61,172 nucleotides of DNA, filler included, from 6 parts of 6 records of this genome joined end to end with filler, not necessarily neighbours in it, one strand, 5' to 3'; counted from the whole stretch's first letter, positions 25,953 to 35,163 are shown. Program-made: numbers and translations. The notes: generated by a model from the letters alone, not told the origin.

Positions 25953-26108
25953 TTTGCTGGACAACGCGCACAGCACAGCACAGCACAGACGATGACGACA
26001 ACAACAACAACGGGGGCAAGTCTGCTGCTGCTCCAATCAACCTACAGGACTAGTGGTGGTGATTGGACCTCTGCTTCGTTCGAGTTCTACGGGTGGAACC
26101 ACGAAAAC

Positions 26109-26183
26109 CACACACACACACACACACAGGCACACGCACGCACGCACACACACACTCTCTCACACACACACACCACCACCACC
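26109..26183. repeat. (CA)n/(CACG)n/(CAC)n compound microsatellite
   Basis: Directly visible, upstream of NOT3. Confidence 0.9.
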
Positions 26184-26371
26184 CAGCCTGCCCACAGGCG
26201 CACCCACAATATCTTTACACACAATAAACAACAGGTCACGTCCGAGAAAACCACGAAGACACACCGAAGAAGAAGAAAAAAACAGGAAGGCAACGAAGAA
26301 ACACACGCAGATTCGCTCGGGCTGTTCGTCGGATCGAGCTAGTTCTGCGAAGAGAGTGAGCTCTGAGCGAT

Positions 26372-26398
26372 TTCGTGAGTTCGTGAGTTCGTGAGTTC
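26372..26398. repeat. (TTCGTGAG)3+ tandem repeat at contig end
   Basis: Three perfect 8-mers plus a partial copy run into the gap. Confidence 0.85.
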
Positions 26399-26498
26399 NN
26401 NNNNNNNNNNNNNNNNNNNNNNNNNNNNNNNNNNNNNNNNNNTTAATTAATTAANNNNNNNNNNNNNNNNNNNNNNNNNNNNNNNNNNNNNNNNNNNN
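26399..26498. other. Artificial contig spacer
   Basis: 44 N + TTAATTAATTAA + 44 N. Confidence 0.99.
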
Positions 26499-29345
26499 AG
26501 TGGAGTTTCCAGACAGGATTTCAACTATGAGATCCCGGGTATTTTGGATTCGGTAGGAGTTTTTACCCGCCTGATTGGTCAGTCAGAATCTCCTGGTTCT
26601 TTCGAATTGCTACTTAATCAAAATACACTTGGAACTGTAGCGATTGATTCCATTCCATCGGTTACCAGCTACAGCGATTTTTCCAGGGTGAGGTATACTT
26701 TTCGCGGTACGGAAAGCTATGGTGTGTTTTCAAGAAACAATTTTTCTTCCAATGACTTGAGACTTACCTTCAGATTTGATGCAGGAGCCAGCTCTTCTGG
26801 CAGAGCTTATATTGACTACTTCATATTAGGTTTCAAAAGGAACTTGCAGCTCTATGGTAACCAAACACAATTTAGAAGCACCCTGTCTGTAGGTAATGCC
26901 ATTAGTTATCAGATCCAGAATGCCGATCCTGATGATATAAACCTATGGGATATCACTGATCCGGTATCCCCAAAAATACAGCAGTTTGTAAAAGCTGGTA
27001 ACGGCATCCGCTTCGGGTCTGCACAAGACACTCTGCTGAATGAGTACATCATATTCCAGGGAAGTGATTTCCCCAATCCATCTTTTTTTGGCGAAGTGAC
27101 CAATCAGAATATTAAAGGACAAACCAGTATAGATGGTTTGATCATTTCCGCACCTGTCTTTCTCAATGCTGCTGAACGACTGGCCGATTTCCATCAAAGT
27201 AATGATGGATTGTCTGTGGCAGCAGTTACTACCAATCAGGTTTACAATGAATTTTCAAGCGGCAGACAAGATATTTCGGCCATTCGAAATTTCATCAGAT
27301 ATGTTTGGCAGAACGGTGGTCGACTGAAGTACGTGCTTTTGATGGGTGATGCCTCGTATGATTATAAAAACAGGTTGAACAACAATACCAATTTTGTGCC
27401 AGTATACGAGTCCAGGCAATCATTCCACCGACTTTACAGCCATTCCTCTGACGATTATTTTGGGTTTTTGGAGGATGAAGAAGGCTATTGGGACGAAGGC
27501 GTGCTGGAGCTTTACAACGGCACTCGTTTCCCGATAGGTTATACCGATCACACCCTTGATGTGGGTATTGGCAGACTGCCTGTAAAAAACCTGGAAGAAG
27601 CAGACGATGTAGTAAATAAAATCATCAGGTATGCCACCAGTGTAAATGCGCTGGGCAAGTGGAGGTCTGAGGCGGTGTATATGGCTGATGATGGCGATGG
27701 TGCGGTACACATGAGACAGTCAGAGACAGTCAACAAAATTGTGAGAGAGGGATATGCCGAGGTAAATGTGGATCGACTCTATCTTGACAATTTCAAAACT
27801 GTGGAATCCATGCAGGATGCTTTCTTGGATAAAATGACTGAGGGCGCACTGATTCTGGACTTTCTAGGACATGGTAGCCCTTCTGCACTTATGCAGCGTA
27901 ATGAAGAGAATAGGTTAAAAACAGTCATTACCATACCACTATTGGAAGAACTAAAAAACAGACATAGACTACCTTTGTTTATGACCGCCACTTGCAACTT
28001 TGGTCAGTATGACAATCCCATCTTTGTATCTGGTGGGGAAAACATGATGCTTAACCCGAATGGTGGTGCTATTGCCTTGCTCACAACTACACGTGCCGTT
28101 TTCTCTTCCACTAATCTACCGTTAAACGAAGCATTTCAGGAGGCAGTGCTATCTAAGCAAAATGGGCGCTATCCTCGGCTTGGAGACGTGATCAGGCAAA
28201 CGAAGAATAATAGTCTGGCAGGTCCTATCAATCGTAATTTTGCCTTAATGGGTGATCCCATGCTGATGCTAAATTATCCCGGGTATGAAATAGTATTTGA
28301 CGAGCTGGAAAGTGAAACGGATACCCTAAGTGCATTAGAGAAGGTGACGATCTCGGGTAAGGTGTTTGACAATTCGACAGAGGCAACCTATTTTAATGGA
28401 TCCGCCATTGTAACCGTATTGGATATTCCGCGAGAGCGCTATACTTTGGGGTTAGACAACAGCCCCTTCGAATACCAAGAACAAGAAAACGCTCTGTTTC
28501 GAGGAGCAGTCTCGGTGACGAACGGTGCTTTTGAGACAACCTTTATTATGCCTAAAAACTCCTCATACAGATATCAAAACGGAACAATTACGGCTTACGC
28601 TTTCAGCGAACAAGACAACATCGATGCATCTGGCGCTTCGAGAAGTTTTGTATTGGGTGGTACTGACCGTGATGCGGTACAGGATACCAAATCACCCTCT
28701 GCACAACTCTACCTAAACGAACCTACTTTTAAAAACGGTGACCTAGTAGGATCGAACAGCCTCTTTATTGCTAAACTATCCGATGAAAGTGGGATCAGTA
28801 TAAGCACCAATGGGTTTAGTCAAAGTCTAAAATTGGTACTTAATGATAAAGAACCCATCATACTCAATGATTTTTATACCGCAGAGCTGGATGATTACAC
28901 CAAGGGAACCATTGTTTATCCCATCCAAAATCTGGAACCCGGCTATTACATAGCGGAGTTAACCGTTTGGGATACGTACAATAACTCCTCCAGTTGGCCT
29001 ATTGAGTTCAGAGTATCTGATAAGCCTCTCTTGAATTTGTACGATGTAATAATTTATCCCAACCCAATACCTGCTGGTAGCAACACTACATTCAGTTTTG
29101 AGCATGACAGAATTGGTGAAGAGCTGGTTGTTTCGCTTGAGATATATGATACCCATGGTCGCAAAGTAAGCAGTTGGACTAACACCTTCGATGATAGCCC
29201 ACGAAGAATAGAATATCTGAAATGGGATGCAACCAACTACTCAGGCCAGCCTATTGGAAAAGGTGTTTACTTCTACAGATTGGAAGTCAGTAGCACTCTT
29301 GATGGTGGACGTACTTCAGCGGTGAAAAGAATATTGATCCATTAG
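26499..29345 (+). CDS. porU: Type IX secretion system sortase PorU (peptidase C25 family), 5' truncated by the contig edge
   Basis: Frame is open from 26499. VYNEFSSGRQDISAIRNF, YVLLMGDASYDYK, SDDYFGFL, GIGRLPV, catalytic GHG and TATCNFG, LMGDP, and a C-terminal T9SS CTD (IYPNP...IYDTHGRKV...GVYFYRL). Confidence 0.9.
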   Translation, partial: SGVSRQDFNYEIPGILDSVGVFTRLIGQSESPGSFELLLNQNTLGTVAIDSIPSVTSYSDFSRVRYTFRGTESYGVFSRNNFSSNDLRLTFRFDAGASSSGRAYIDYFILGFKRNLQLYGNQTQFRSTLSVGNAISYQIQNADPDDINLWDITDPVSPKIQQFVKAGNGIRFGSAQDTLLNEYIIFQGSDFPNPSFFGEVTNQNIKGQTSIDGLIISAPVFLNAAERLADFHQSNDGLSVAAVTTNQVYNEFSSGRQDISAIRNFIRYVWQNGGRLKYVLLMGDASYDYKNRLNNNTNFVPVYESRQSFHRLYSHSSDDYFGFLEDEEGYWDEGVLELYNGTRFPIGYTDHTLDVGIGRLPVKNLEEADDVVNKIIRYATSVNALGKWRSEAVYMADDGDGAVHMRQSETVNKIVREGYAEVNVDRLYLDNFKTVESMQDAFLDKMTEGALILDFLGHGSPSALMQRNEENRLKTVITIPLLEELKNRHRLPLFMTATCNFGQYDNPIFVSGGENMMLNPNGGAIALLTTTRAVFSSTNLPLNEAFQEAVLSKQNGRYPRLGDVIRQTKNNSLAGPINRNFALMGDPMLMLNYPGYEIVFDELESETDTLSALEKVTISGKVFDNSTEATYFNGSAIVTVLDIPRERYTLGLDNSPFEYQEQENALFRGAVSVTNGAFETTFIMPKNSSYRYQNGTITAYAFSEQDNIDASGASRSFVLGGTDRDAVQDTKSPSAQLYLNEPTFKNGDLVGSNSLFIAKLSDESGISISTNGFSQSLKLVLNDKEPIILNDFYTAELDDYTKGTIVYPIQNLEPGYYIAELTVWDTYNNSSSWPIEFRVSDKPLLNLYDVIIYPNPIPAGSNTTFSFEHDRIGEELVVSLEIYDTHGRKVSSWTNTFDDSPRRIEYLKWDATNYSGQPIGKGVYFYRLEVSSTLDGGRTSAVKRILIH

Positions 29346-29348
29346 CAA

Positions 29349-29738
29349 ATGCAACTAATTAATGTGATTTTTCAAAAAGCTGCCCTGGATTGGGTAGTGA
29401 GCCTACTTTTATTATTCGGCTTCATAGGTGTCTATCTTTCGAGTACTTTATTACATCCTCATACGCACGGCCTGAAGGATAATGCCCAGCTTAGTATTAG
29501 AGGAGCACGATATCTGGCATACCGCACCATCTACCTGTCAGGGGCCGCTATACTTCTGCAGGTACTGGCACAATCCTTATTGAAAATGAGATGGATGAAA
29601 GTGGTTGTTTTCGCTGTGGCTCTATTAGCTGGGGTTTCAGTAAGCATTACGGGGCACTATGGCGCTCAGTTGGTGCACATAGAGGGCGTAGGTCCACAGG
29701 GTAATTATATGGAGGGTAATGATGAACGGGAGCACTAA
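29349..29738 (+). pseudogene. Degenerate, 5'-truncated DUF2231-like membrane protein gene
   Basis: C-terminal GHYGAQLVHIEGVGPQG resembles Bacteroidetes DUF2231-type proteins. The expected N-terminal HPxxVHFP helix is absent and the ATG lies 3 nt after the porU stop. An internal +1/-1 frameshift pair hides LVLEEHDIW in another frame (29491-29517). Confidence 0.55.
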
Positions 29739-29800
29739 GAATAAAAATTGAAAAAAGGTATTTATATAATCGGAAATGATCGCAAATAATATATGAATCA

Positions 29801-31117
29801 CTATTCCATGTCAGATTCAGCATTTTCCTTTACCCTTAAAAACCACTTTTCACCGGCAAAAATCAATACCATGGAGACAGCCGCAACAATAACGACCAGG
29901 ATATCACTGGTACCCTTCACCCATAAAAAAGCTCCAAGAACCACCGTGTCCAGAATAATTGCTGTAATGACTATGGCGGCTTTAGCTTTTACTTCTTTAC
30001 GGAGATGTCTGAGCACTCCCCAGTGTATGGCAATGTCCATAATAAGATAAAAGATAGCACCTAAAGAGGCAATCCTGCTGAGATCAAAAAATACGGTAAG
30101 AATGATGGCTATTACTACAACGTAAACCAGCATGTGCTTTTGAATTCTTCCTGGCATTCCTAAATGGCTATGTGGAATTAGCTCCATATCGGTAAGCATG
30201 GCAGTCATTCGCGACACAGCGAAAATGCTGGCAATAATTCCTGAAACAGTGGCTACAATAGCAATACCTACAGTAAACCATAAACCATACTTACCAAAGG
30301 CCGGGCGAGAAGCCTCGGCTAAAGCATAATCCTTAGCTTCAATGATCTTAGGAATAGACAAATTAACAGAGACCGCTAACGAAACGAGCAAATAGATCAC
30401 TAAACAGATGAGTAGTGAGATGATAATAGCTCTACCAACGTTTTTATGAGGATTTTTAACTTCTCCACCACTATTCGTAATAGTGGTAAACCCTTTATAA
30501 GCTAATATGGATAAGGCCAACGCTCCTAAATAGCTGGCAACCGAATATTCTTCTTGTGCCTGAGGCTGTGGCAAAGCTTGCTCTAAGGAAAACCCGGCCG
30601 CCCATAGACCACCAATAGCAAAAATGGCAATTCCCCCAATTTTTACAATCGCCATAACAAGTGACGATTTACCAATGATGTTATTTCCTGAGATGTTGAC
30701 TAAAAAGGCAATCACTAAAAGTACAACTCCGAGAATAGGTACCAGAAAGGTATTATCCCCAACATCAAAAAGCTGTAGGATGTAGGTGCCGAAAGTCCTG
30801 GCCACTAAACTCTCATTGATGATCATGGAAAAAGCCATGAGCAGGGAGGCAGCAGCTGTCATGGTACCTCTACCGTAAGCCTTCTTAAGGATCATAGCTA
30901 TACCACCCGCAGAGGGATATTCATTGGAAACTTTGATATAGGAGTAGGCACTAAATCCGGATATAATTGCACCTATCAGAAAAGCGACCGGGAAAAGTGC
31001 TCCTGATAACTCTGCTACTTGGCCTAGCAGGGCAAAAATTCCCGCACCAATCATGACGCCCGTACCTAGTGCCACTGCTCCGGTGAGGCTAAGGCTGTTT
31101 TTGTTGTATTCAGACAT
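29801..31117 (-). CDS. APC family permease
   Basis: GTGVMIGAGIF TM1 motif, YPSAGG, AYKGF...GGEVKNPHKN, about 12 hydrophobic segments. Confidence 0.9.
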   Translation of the reverse strand: MSEYNKNSLSLTGAVALGTGVMIGAGIFALLGQVAELSGALFPVAFLIGAIISGFSAYSYIKVSNEYPSAGGIAMILKKAYGRGTMTAAASLLMAFSMIINESLVARTFGTYILQLFDVGDNTFLVPILGVVLLVIAFLVNISGNNIIGKSSLVMAIVKIGGIAIFAIGGLWAAGFSLEQALPQPQAQEEYSVASYLGALALSILAYKGFTTITNSGGEVKNPHKNVGRAIIISLLICLVIYLLVSLAVSVNLSIPKIIEAKDYALAEASRPAFGKYGLWFTVGIAIVATVSGIIASIFAVSRMTAMLTDMELIPHSHLGMPGRIQKHMLVYVVVIAIILTVFFDLSRIASLGAIFYLIMDIAIHWGVLRHLRKEVKAKAAIVITAIILDTVVLGAFLWVKGTSDILVVIVAAVSMVLIFAGEKWFLRVKENAESDME

Positions 31118-31233
31118 ATCTTAATTTAATAGGTGAATGACACAAGAGCTGATACTTTGCTTAGTAACAACCTTACATCATGATTTTCAGCTTACAGTCA
31201 GTTTTTTATTAAAAAAAAATTAAGTGAAAAAAA

Positions 31234-31620
31234 CTAGAGGCTGTCAATAGCTGACCTCAGTTTATCCCTGATTTCGAGAGCTATTTTTTCCAAACCTTCG
31301 TTTGCTACCGCCTGCATAGAGGCCACCGGATCTACTGCTGCGACCTCAACCCCTTCATCAACTTGCTGTACGATCACATTGCAGGGTAGCATCGCGCCAA
31401 TTTTATCTTCAGTTAATAATGCTTTATGAGCGAAAGGCGGATTGCAGGCTCCCAGAATTCTATAAGGCCGAAAGTTTTCATCCAGCTTTTTCTTCAGGGT
31501 TTCTTTTACATCGATCTCCGTAAGAATACCGAACCCTTCTTCTTTCAGGGCATCCGTTACTTTTTGTATAGCTTCTTCGAAGCTTGCGTCTTTCAATGTT
31601 TTTTCGTGATAATATTTCAT
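31234..31620 (-). CDS. DUF302 domain protein
   Basis: EGFGILTEIDVKETLKKKL...YRILGACNP...IGAMLPCNVIV...AVDP. Start taken at MKYYHEK. Confidence 0.88.
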   Translation of the reverse strand: MKYYHEKTLKDASFEEAIQKVTDALKEEGFGILTEIDVKETLKKKLDENFRPYRILGACNPPFAHKALLTEDKIGAMLPCNVIVQQVDEGVEVAAVDPVASMQAVANEGLEKIALEIRDKLRSAIDSL

Positions 31621-31650
31621 GTCTATATAATTTGATTTTAAAAGGTCACT

Positions 31651-31686
31651 TGCCTGCATGCCATATTACATTTCGGCACGCAGGCA
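31651..31686. repeat. GC-rich inverted repeat (REP-like hairpin)
   Basis: TGCCTGCATGCC - 12 nt - GGCACGCAGGCA; 11 of 12 pairs, the twelfth a G-U pair on the minus strand; AT-rich surroundings. Confidence 0.65.
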
Positions 31687-31846
31687 TGGAATTCACATCA
31701 AAAACATTCATCCTTTGGTTAGTATAATTAGGATTCTGTTTTTATGCTCATTTCATGTTTTAACTATTTAGTTCTTTCCATATTAGTAAATATTTAAGTA
31801 GAAGTTTGTAACAATTGTTACGTAACTCCTATACCTAAACCCATTA

Positions 31847-34105
31847 TTAAAAACGGATGGACAAGCCACCCCCGCCACCAAAGCGGTTGTCATAGCTCCC
31901 CATCAACGAAAAGTTTTTGGATAAGAGAAACTCCGCACCTGCATTCCACACGATTTCCTCTTCATAAGAAGCATTATTTTCAAGCGTGTTTATCCATCCA
32001 GCATCCAGCTGATATTCATAATACCCAAAAACAACAAACTTTGGGAAAAGCATCACAGATCGGCCTATGCCTACCCTTGGTCTCAGTTCGTTATCAATCC
32101 GCAAGTCCACATTAAACATGTATGGTGTGAACCATCGGATACCAGCCACTGCCGTGGTTTTTATATCATCCAGACTATTTTGTGTAGTATTCTCAACATT
32201 TACGCCACCAAAGACACGGACATAATCGTAGAGGTAATATTCATAAGAAAACTCAGTTTCAATATTTTCATTCCAACCATATTCTAATGTATAATTGAAC
32301 TGGTTGCGGATGTTGGATGAAACCACATTTAGTGCACTTGTATGAGAGGCAACATCAGCCATTCCCCAGGTATAAAACTGATTGGTTTCATGCACAAGTT
32401 TAGACACAGGATACGGCTCCATTCGTGGATCTCGGGGTGTATCATAACTTATTACACGCGCCATACCACCCATCATGTGATACAGGATATGACAGTGAAA
32501 AAACCAGTCGCCATATTCATTTCCATAAAACTCAATCGTTACCTTTTGCATCGGTGGCACATTCACAGTATGCTTTAGGGGAGAATACTCGCCATTCTCA
32601 TTAATTACCCTAAAAAAATGTCCGTGCAAGTGCATTGGGTGGTGCATCATGGTGAGGTTGTTGAAAGTGATCCTCGTTACCTCTCCTTCATTGATTTTAA
32701 TCTTGTCTGTTTCAGCAAGGGGTATGCCATTCATACTCCAGATATAGCGGCTCATGTTACCGGTCAGGTTTAAGAGTATTTCTTTAGCAGGTAAATCCTT
32801 CGAGTAGGTTGTACTTTCTGTGGACTTGAGGTAATCATAGTTATACTCAGAAAACATATTCATTGCACTGTCACCCATTCCACTCATTTGAGGTTTTTCA
32901 GAGTTGTCATTTTCCATATCCATCCCTTCATGCATTTTCATGTCGTTTTTGGTGTGGCTCATCTCCATTCCGCTTATTTCATCCTTCATTTGCATCCCCC
33001 ATTTACTCATCAACTCTTTTGGATTGTCTTTCTTGGGGCGATACTTCAGGGCAGGGGCACCCATCCGCATATCCATCTTGGACATTTTCATCATCATGCC
33101 AATCTTGTCAGGTCGGGGTACTGAGGGTGCTGGTAGCACTTCACCTTGTCCGAGAAACGCAGATGCGGTACCGGATCCATCCTGAGCAGTGATTTTAAAC
33201 TCTATTTTTCCTTCATCTGGCATGGTCACAATAAAATCATACGTTTCGGCTATTGCGATGAAGGTTTTGTTGTGGGCAACTGGTTCTACATTCAGGCCAT
33301 CGGCAGAAACAATGGTAGGCTCCCCTCCACCAAAAGTCATCCAAAACTGTGTAGAAGCTGCTCCGTTGATAATCCTCAACCTTACTTTTTCTCCTGGTTT
33401 GAAATCAGGATATTCTTGCTTTTGCTCGCCATTCACCAAAAATGCCGGGTAATAAATATCTGCTATGTCGGCACTTTCCATTCTCTGCCTCCAAAAATTA
33501 AGCTGTGCTCCCAGCGCTCCACGAGCGATTACCTGATTCAGTGGTGTAGCTGTTCCTTTTCGCCAATTATACCATTCCGTTCCTCTTTTTAGAAAACGGA
33601 GAACGCTCATTGGTTTTTCATTAGTCCAATCTGAGAGGACCATCACCAACTCTTTGTCATAATCCAGGGTTTCCTCCTTTGGCTCGATTACAAACGAACC
33701 ATAAACACCACTTTGCTCTTGCAGCATGGTATGGGAATGGTACCAGTAGGTTCCGGCCTGCTTTAAAGGAAACTCATATTTTTGGGTATGGCCAGGCTCA
33801 ATTGGTGGAGTGGTGAGGTAGGGTACACCGTCATAGAAATTGGGTAATAGTAACCCATGCCAGTGTATCGAGGTTTCCACGTCCATTTCGTTTTTTACAT
33901 ATATAACTGCGTAGGAGCCCTCTTCAAAGCGTAAAGTAGGACCTGGAATTCCTCCGTTTACCGTCATACCAATTACTTCTTTTCCTGCTTTATTTACAGT
34001 TTCCTGTCGAAGGACAAGGTTATGAACAATGGTGTCCATCTGAGCTAAAACTGAAAGGTTTCCAATTAAAAGTATGAAAGTGGTAATAAGTGTATTTCTA
34101 ATCAT
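31847..34105 (-). CDS. Multicopper oxidase (CopA/CueO-like) with a Met-rich insert and a C-terminal beta-barrel-like extension
   Basis: All four Cu-binding motifs: HWHG, WYHSH, HPMHLHGH, HCHILYHMMGGM. Sec-type signal peptide, Met/His-rich linker, and ~200 aa of amphipathic C-terminus ending in Phe. Confidence 0.9.
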   Translation of the reverse strand: MIRNTLITTFILLIGNLSVLAQMDTIVHNLVLRQETVNKAGKEVIGMTVNGGIPGPTLRFEEGSYAVIYVKNEMDVETSIHWHGLLLPNFYDGVPYLTTPPIEPGHTQKYEFPLKQAGTYWYHSHTMLQEQSGVYGSFVIEPKEETLDYDKELVMVLSDWTNEKPMSVLRFLKRGTEWYNWRKGTATPLNQVIARGALGAQLNFWRQRMESADIADIYYPAFLVNGEQKQEYPDFKPGEKVRLRIINGAASTQFWMTFGGGEPTIVSADGLNVEPVAHNKTFIAIAETYDFIVTMPDEGKIEFKITAQDGSGTASAFLGQGEVLPAPSVPRPDKIGMMMKMSKMDMRMGAPALKYRPKKDNPKELMSKWGMQMKDEISGMEMSHTKNDMKMHEGMDMENDNSEKPQMSGMGDSAMNMFSEYNYDYLKSTESTTYSKDLPAKEILLNLTGNMSRYIWSMNGIPLAETDKIKINEGEVTRITFNNLTMMHHPMHLHGHFFRVINENGEYSPLKHTVNVPPMQKVTIEFYGNEYGDWFFHCHILYHMMGGMARVISYDTPRDPRMEPYPVSKLVHETNQFYTWGMADVASHTSALNVVSSNIRNQFNYTLEYGWNENIETEFSYEYYLYDYVRVFGGVNVENTTQNSLDDIKTTAVAGIRWFTPYMFNVDLRIDNELRPRVGIGRSVMLFPKFVVFGYYEYQLDAGWINTLENNASYEEEIVWNAGAEFLLSKNFSLMGSYDNRFGGGGGLSIRF

Positions 34106-34332
34106 AAAGTTTATATTCTATTTATTCTTCGATTACATTTTTCATATAGAAAAAGAATTGAAAGGCACAAAAACGAAAAAAGGATTTTCACGCTAAATAA
34201 TCAAGTGATTAACCCACACTGAGTAATTAACACATGGCTTAAAGTAGTCTGATTCCAATAAGGAAAACCCTATCCGCAACTCGTTCAATTATGAATTAGT
34301 ACAGAGTCAACAAGATTAATAAGAACTTGTTT

Positions 34333-34363
34333 TTATGAAATATTGGTTAAGATTTATGAAATT
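34333..34363 (-). promoter_or_regulatory. Candidate AraC operator upstream of the multicopper oxidase
   Basis: AATTTCATAA-ATCTTAACCAA-TATTTCATAA on the minus strand; one of four aligned copies. Confidence 0.6.
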
Positions 34364-34405
34364 ATGGTGAAATTATAAGTTATGAGCTGATAGCAACTTG
34401 TGTTT

Positions 34406-35014
34406 CTACTCTTTCGGAATCTTGATAGGAAACTTTTTCATCATCTTGTGGATAGATGGGTGGAGATCATCATACATGATAGTGGGGTCATAAAGATCGC
34501 CCTGAGCCAGGCCTTCCCAAACGATCTGATTCGTTTTAGGGTCGATAGCAGTCAATTTGGCACCACCATGAGCATATTTTACAATCTCCGGTTTAGAATA
34601 TTCCTCTTTCCAGCCTGGGTTACCGCTAAGTTTGCCGTTGTAGAGATAAACTGTAGGCGCATTGTAGTTATCTATTGAATTATAATCAGGATAGTCATTT
34701 GCCCGGGGTACTTCAACTTTTCTTGCATGGCTCAGCCACTCTACCTGTAGCAATAGATCCGGATTGGCAGTATCTGGTTTTAGCTGTCGCTCAGCCATAC
34801 AATGCCCAAAATAGTTTCTGGTCTTTTGCCGGATAAAATCATTGTCATACTCAGTATCAGTATTATGCTCTTTTTCAGGTAGCCAGGCGTAGGTTTCATA
34901 TTGAGAGAAATCCACACTCTTATCTTTAGTGACCTGCACGTCCTGATAAATGTTACAAGATGCCAGAATCATAAGAGCTACTATGAGTGAATTTGAATGA
35001 ATGAATTTTATCAT
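34406..35014 (-). CDS. DUF4136 domain lipoprotein
   Basis: Lipobox ILASC; DKSVDFSQYETYAW, NPDLLL, LTAIDPKTNQIVWEG, KMMKKFP. Confidence 0.85.
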   Translation of the reverse strand: MIKFIHSNSLIVALMILASCNIYQDVQVTKDKSVDFSQYETYAWLPEKEHNTDTEYDNDFIRQKTRNYFGHCMAERQLKPDTANPDLLLQVEWLSHARKVEVPRANDYPDYNSIDNYNAPTVYLYNGKLSGNPGWKEEYSKPEIVKYAHGGAKLTAIDPKTNQIVWEGLAQGDLYDPTIMYDDLHPSIHKMMKKFPIKIPKE

Positions 35015-35132
35015 GCGTCTTTTGTTGGTCTCCGGGGAATCCGACCGCCTTCAGCCCTGCCAAATAGGTAAGCCGGAAGTATTCCCGGAGGTATTATAAT
35101 ATATAAAGGAACGATAATAATTCGGGATGGTC

Positions 35133-35163
35133 TTACGAAGTTTTGGGAAGGTTTTAAGGAATT
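35133..35163 (-). promoter_or_regulatory. Candidate AraC operator upstream of the DUF4136 gene
   Basis: AATTCCTTAA-AACCTTCCCAA-AACTTCGTAA on the minus strand. Confidence 0.55.

Noticed and set aside
26372-26398. (TTCGTGAG)n as a telomeric repeat
   Set aside because: Only about three copies, no G-run typical of telomeres, and it lies in the NOT3 upstream region
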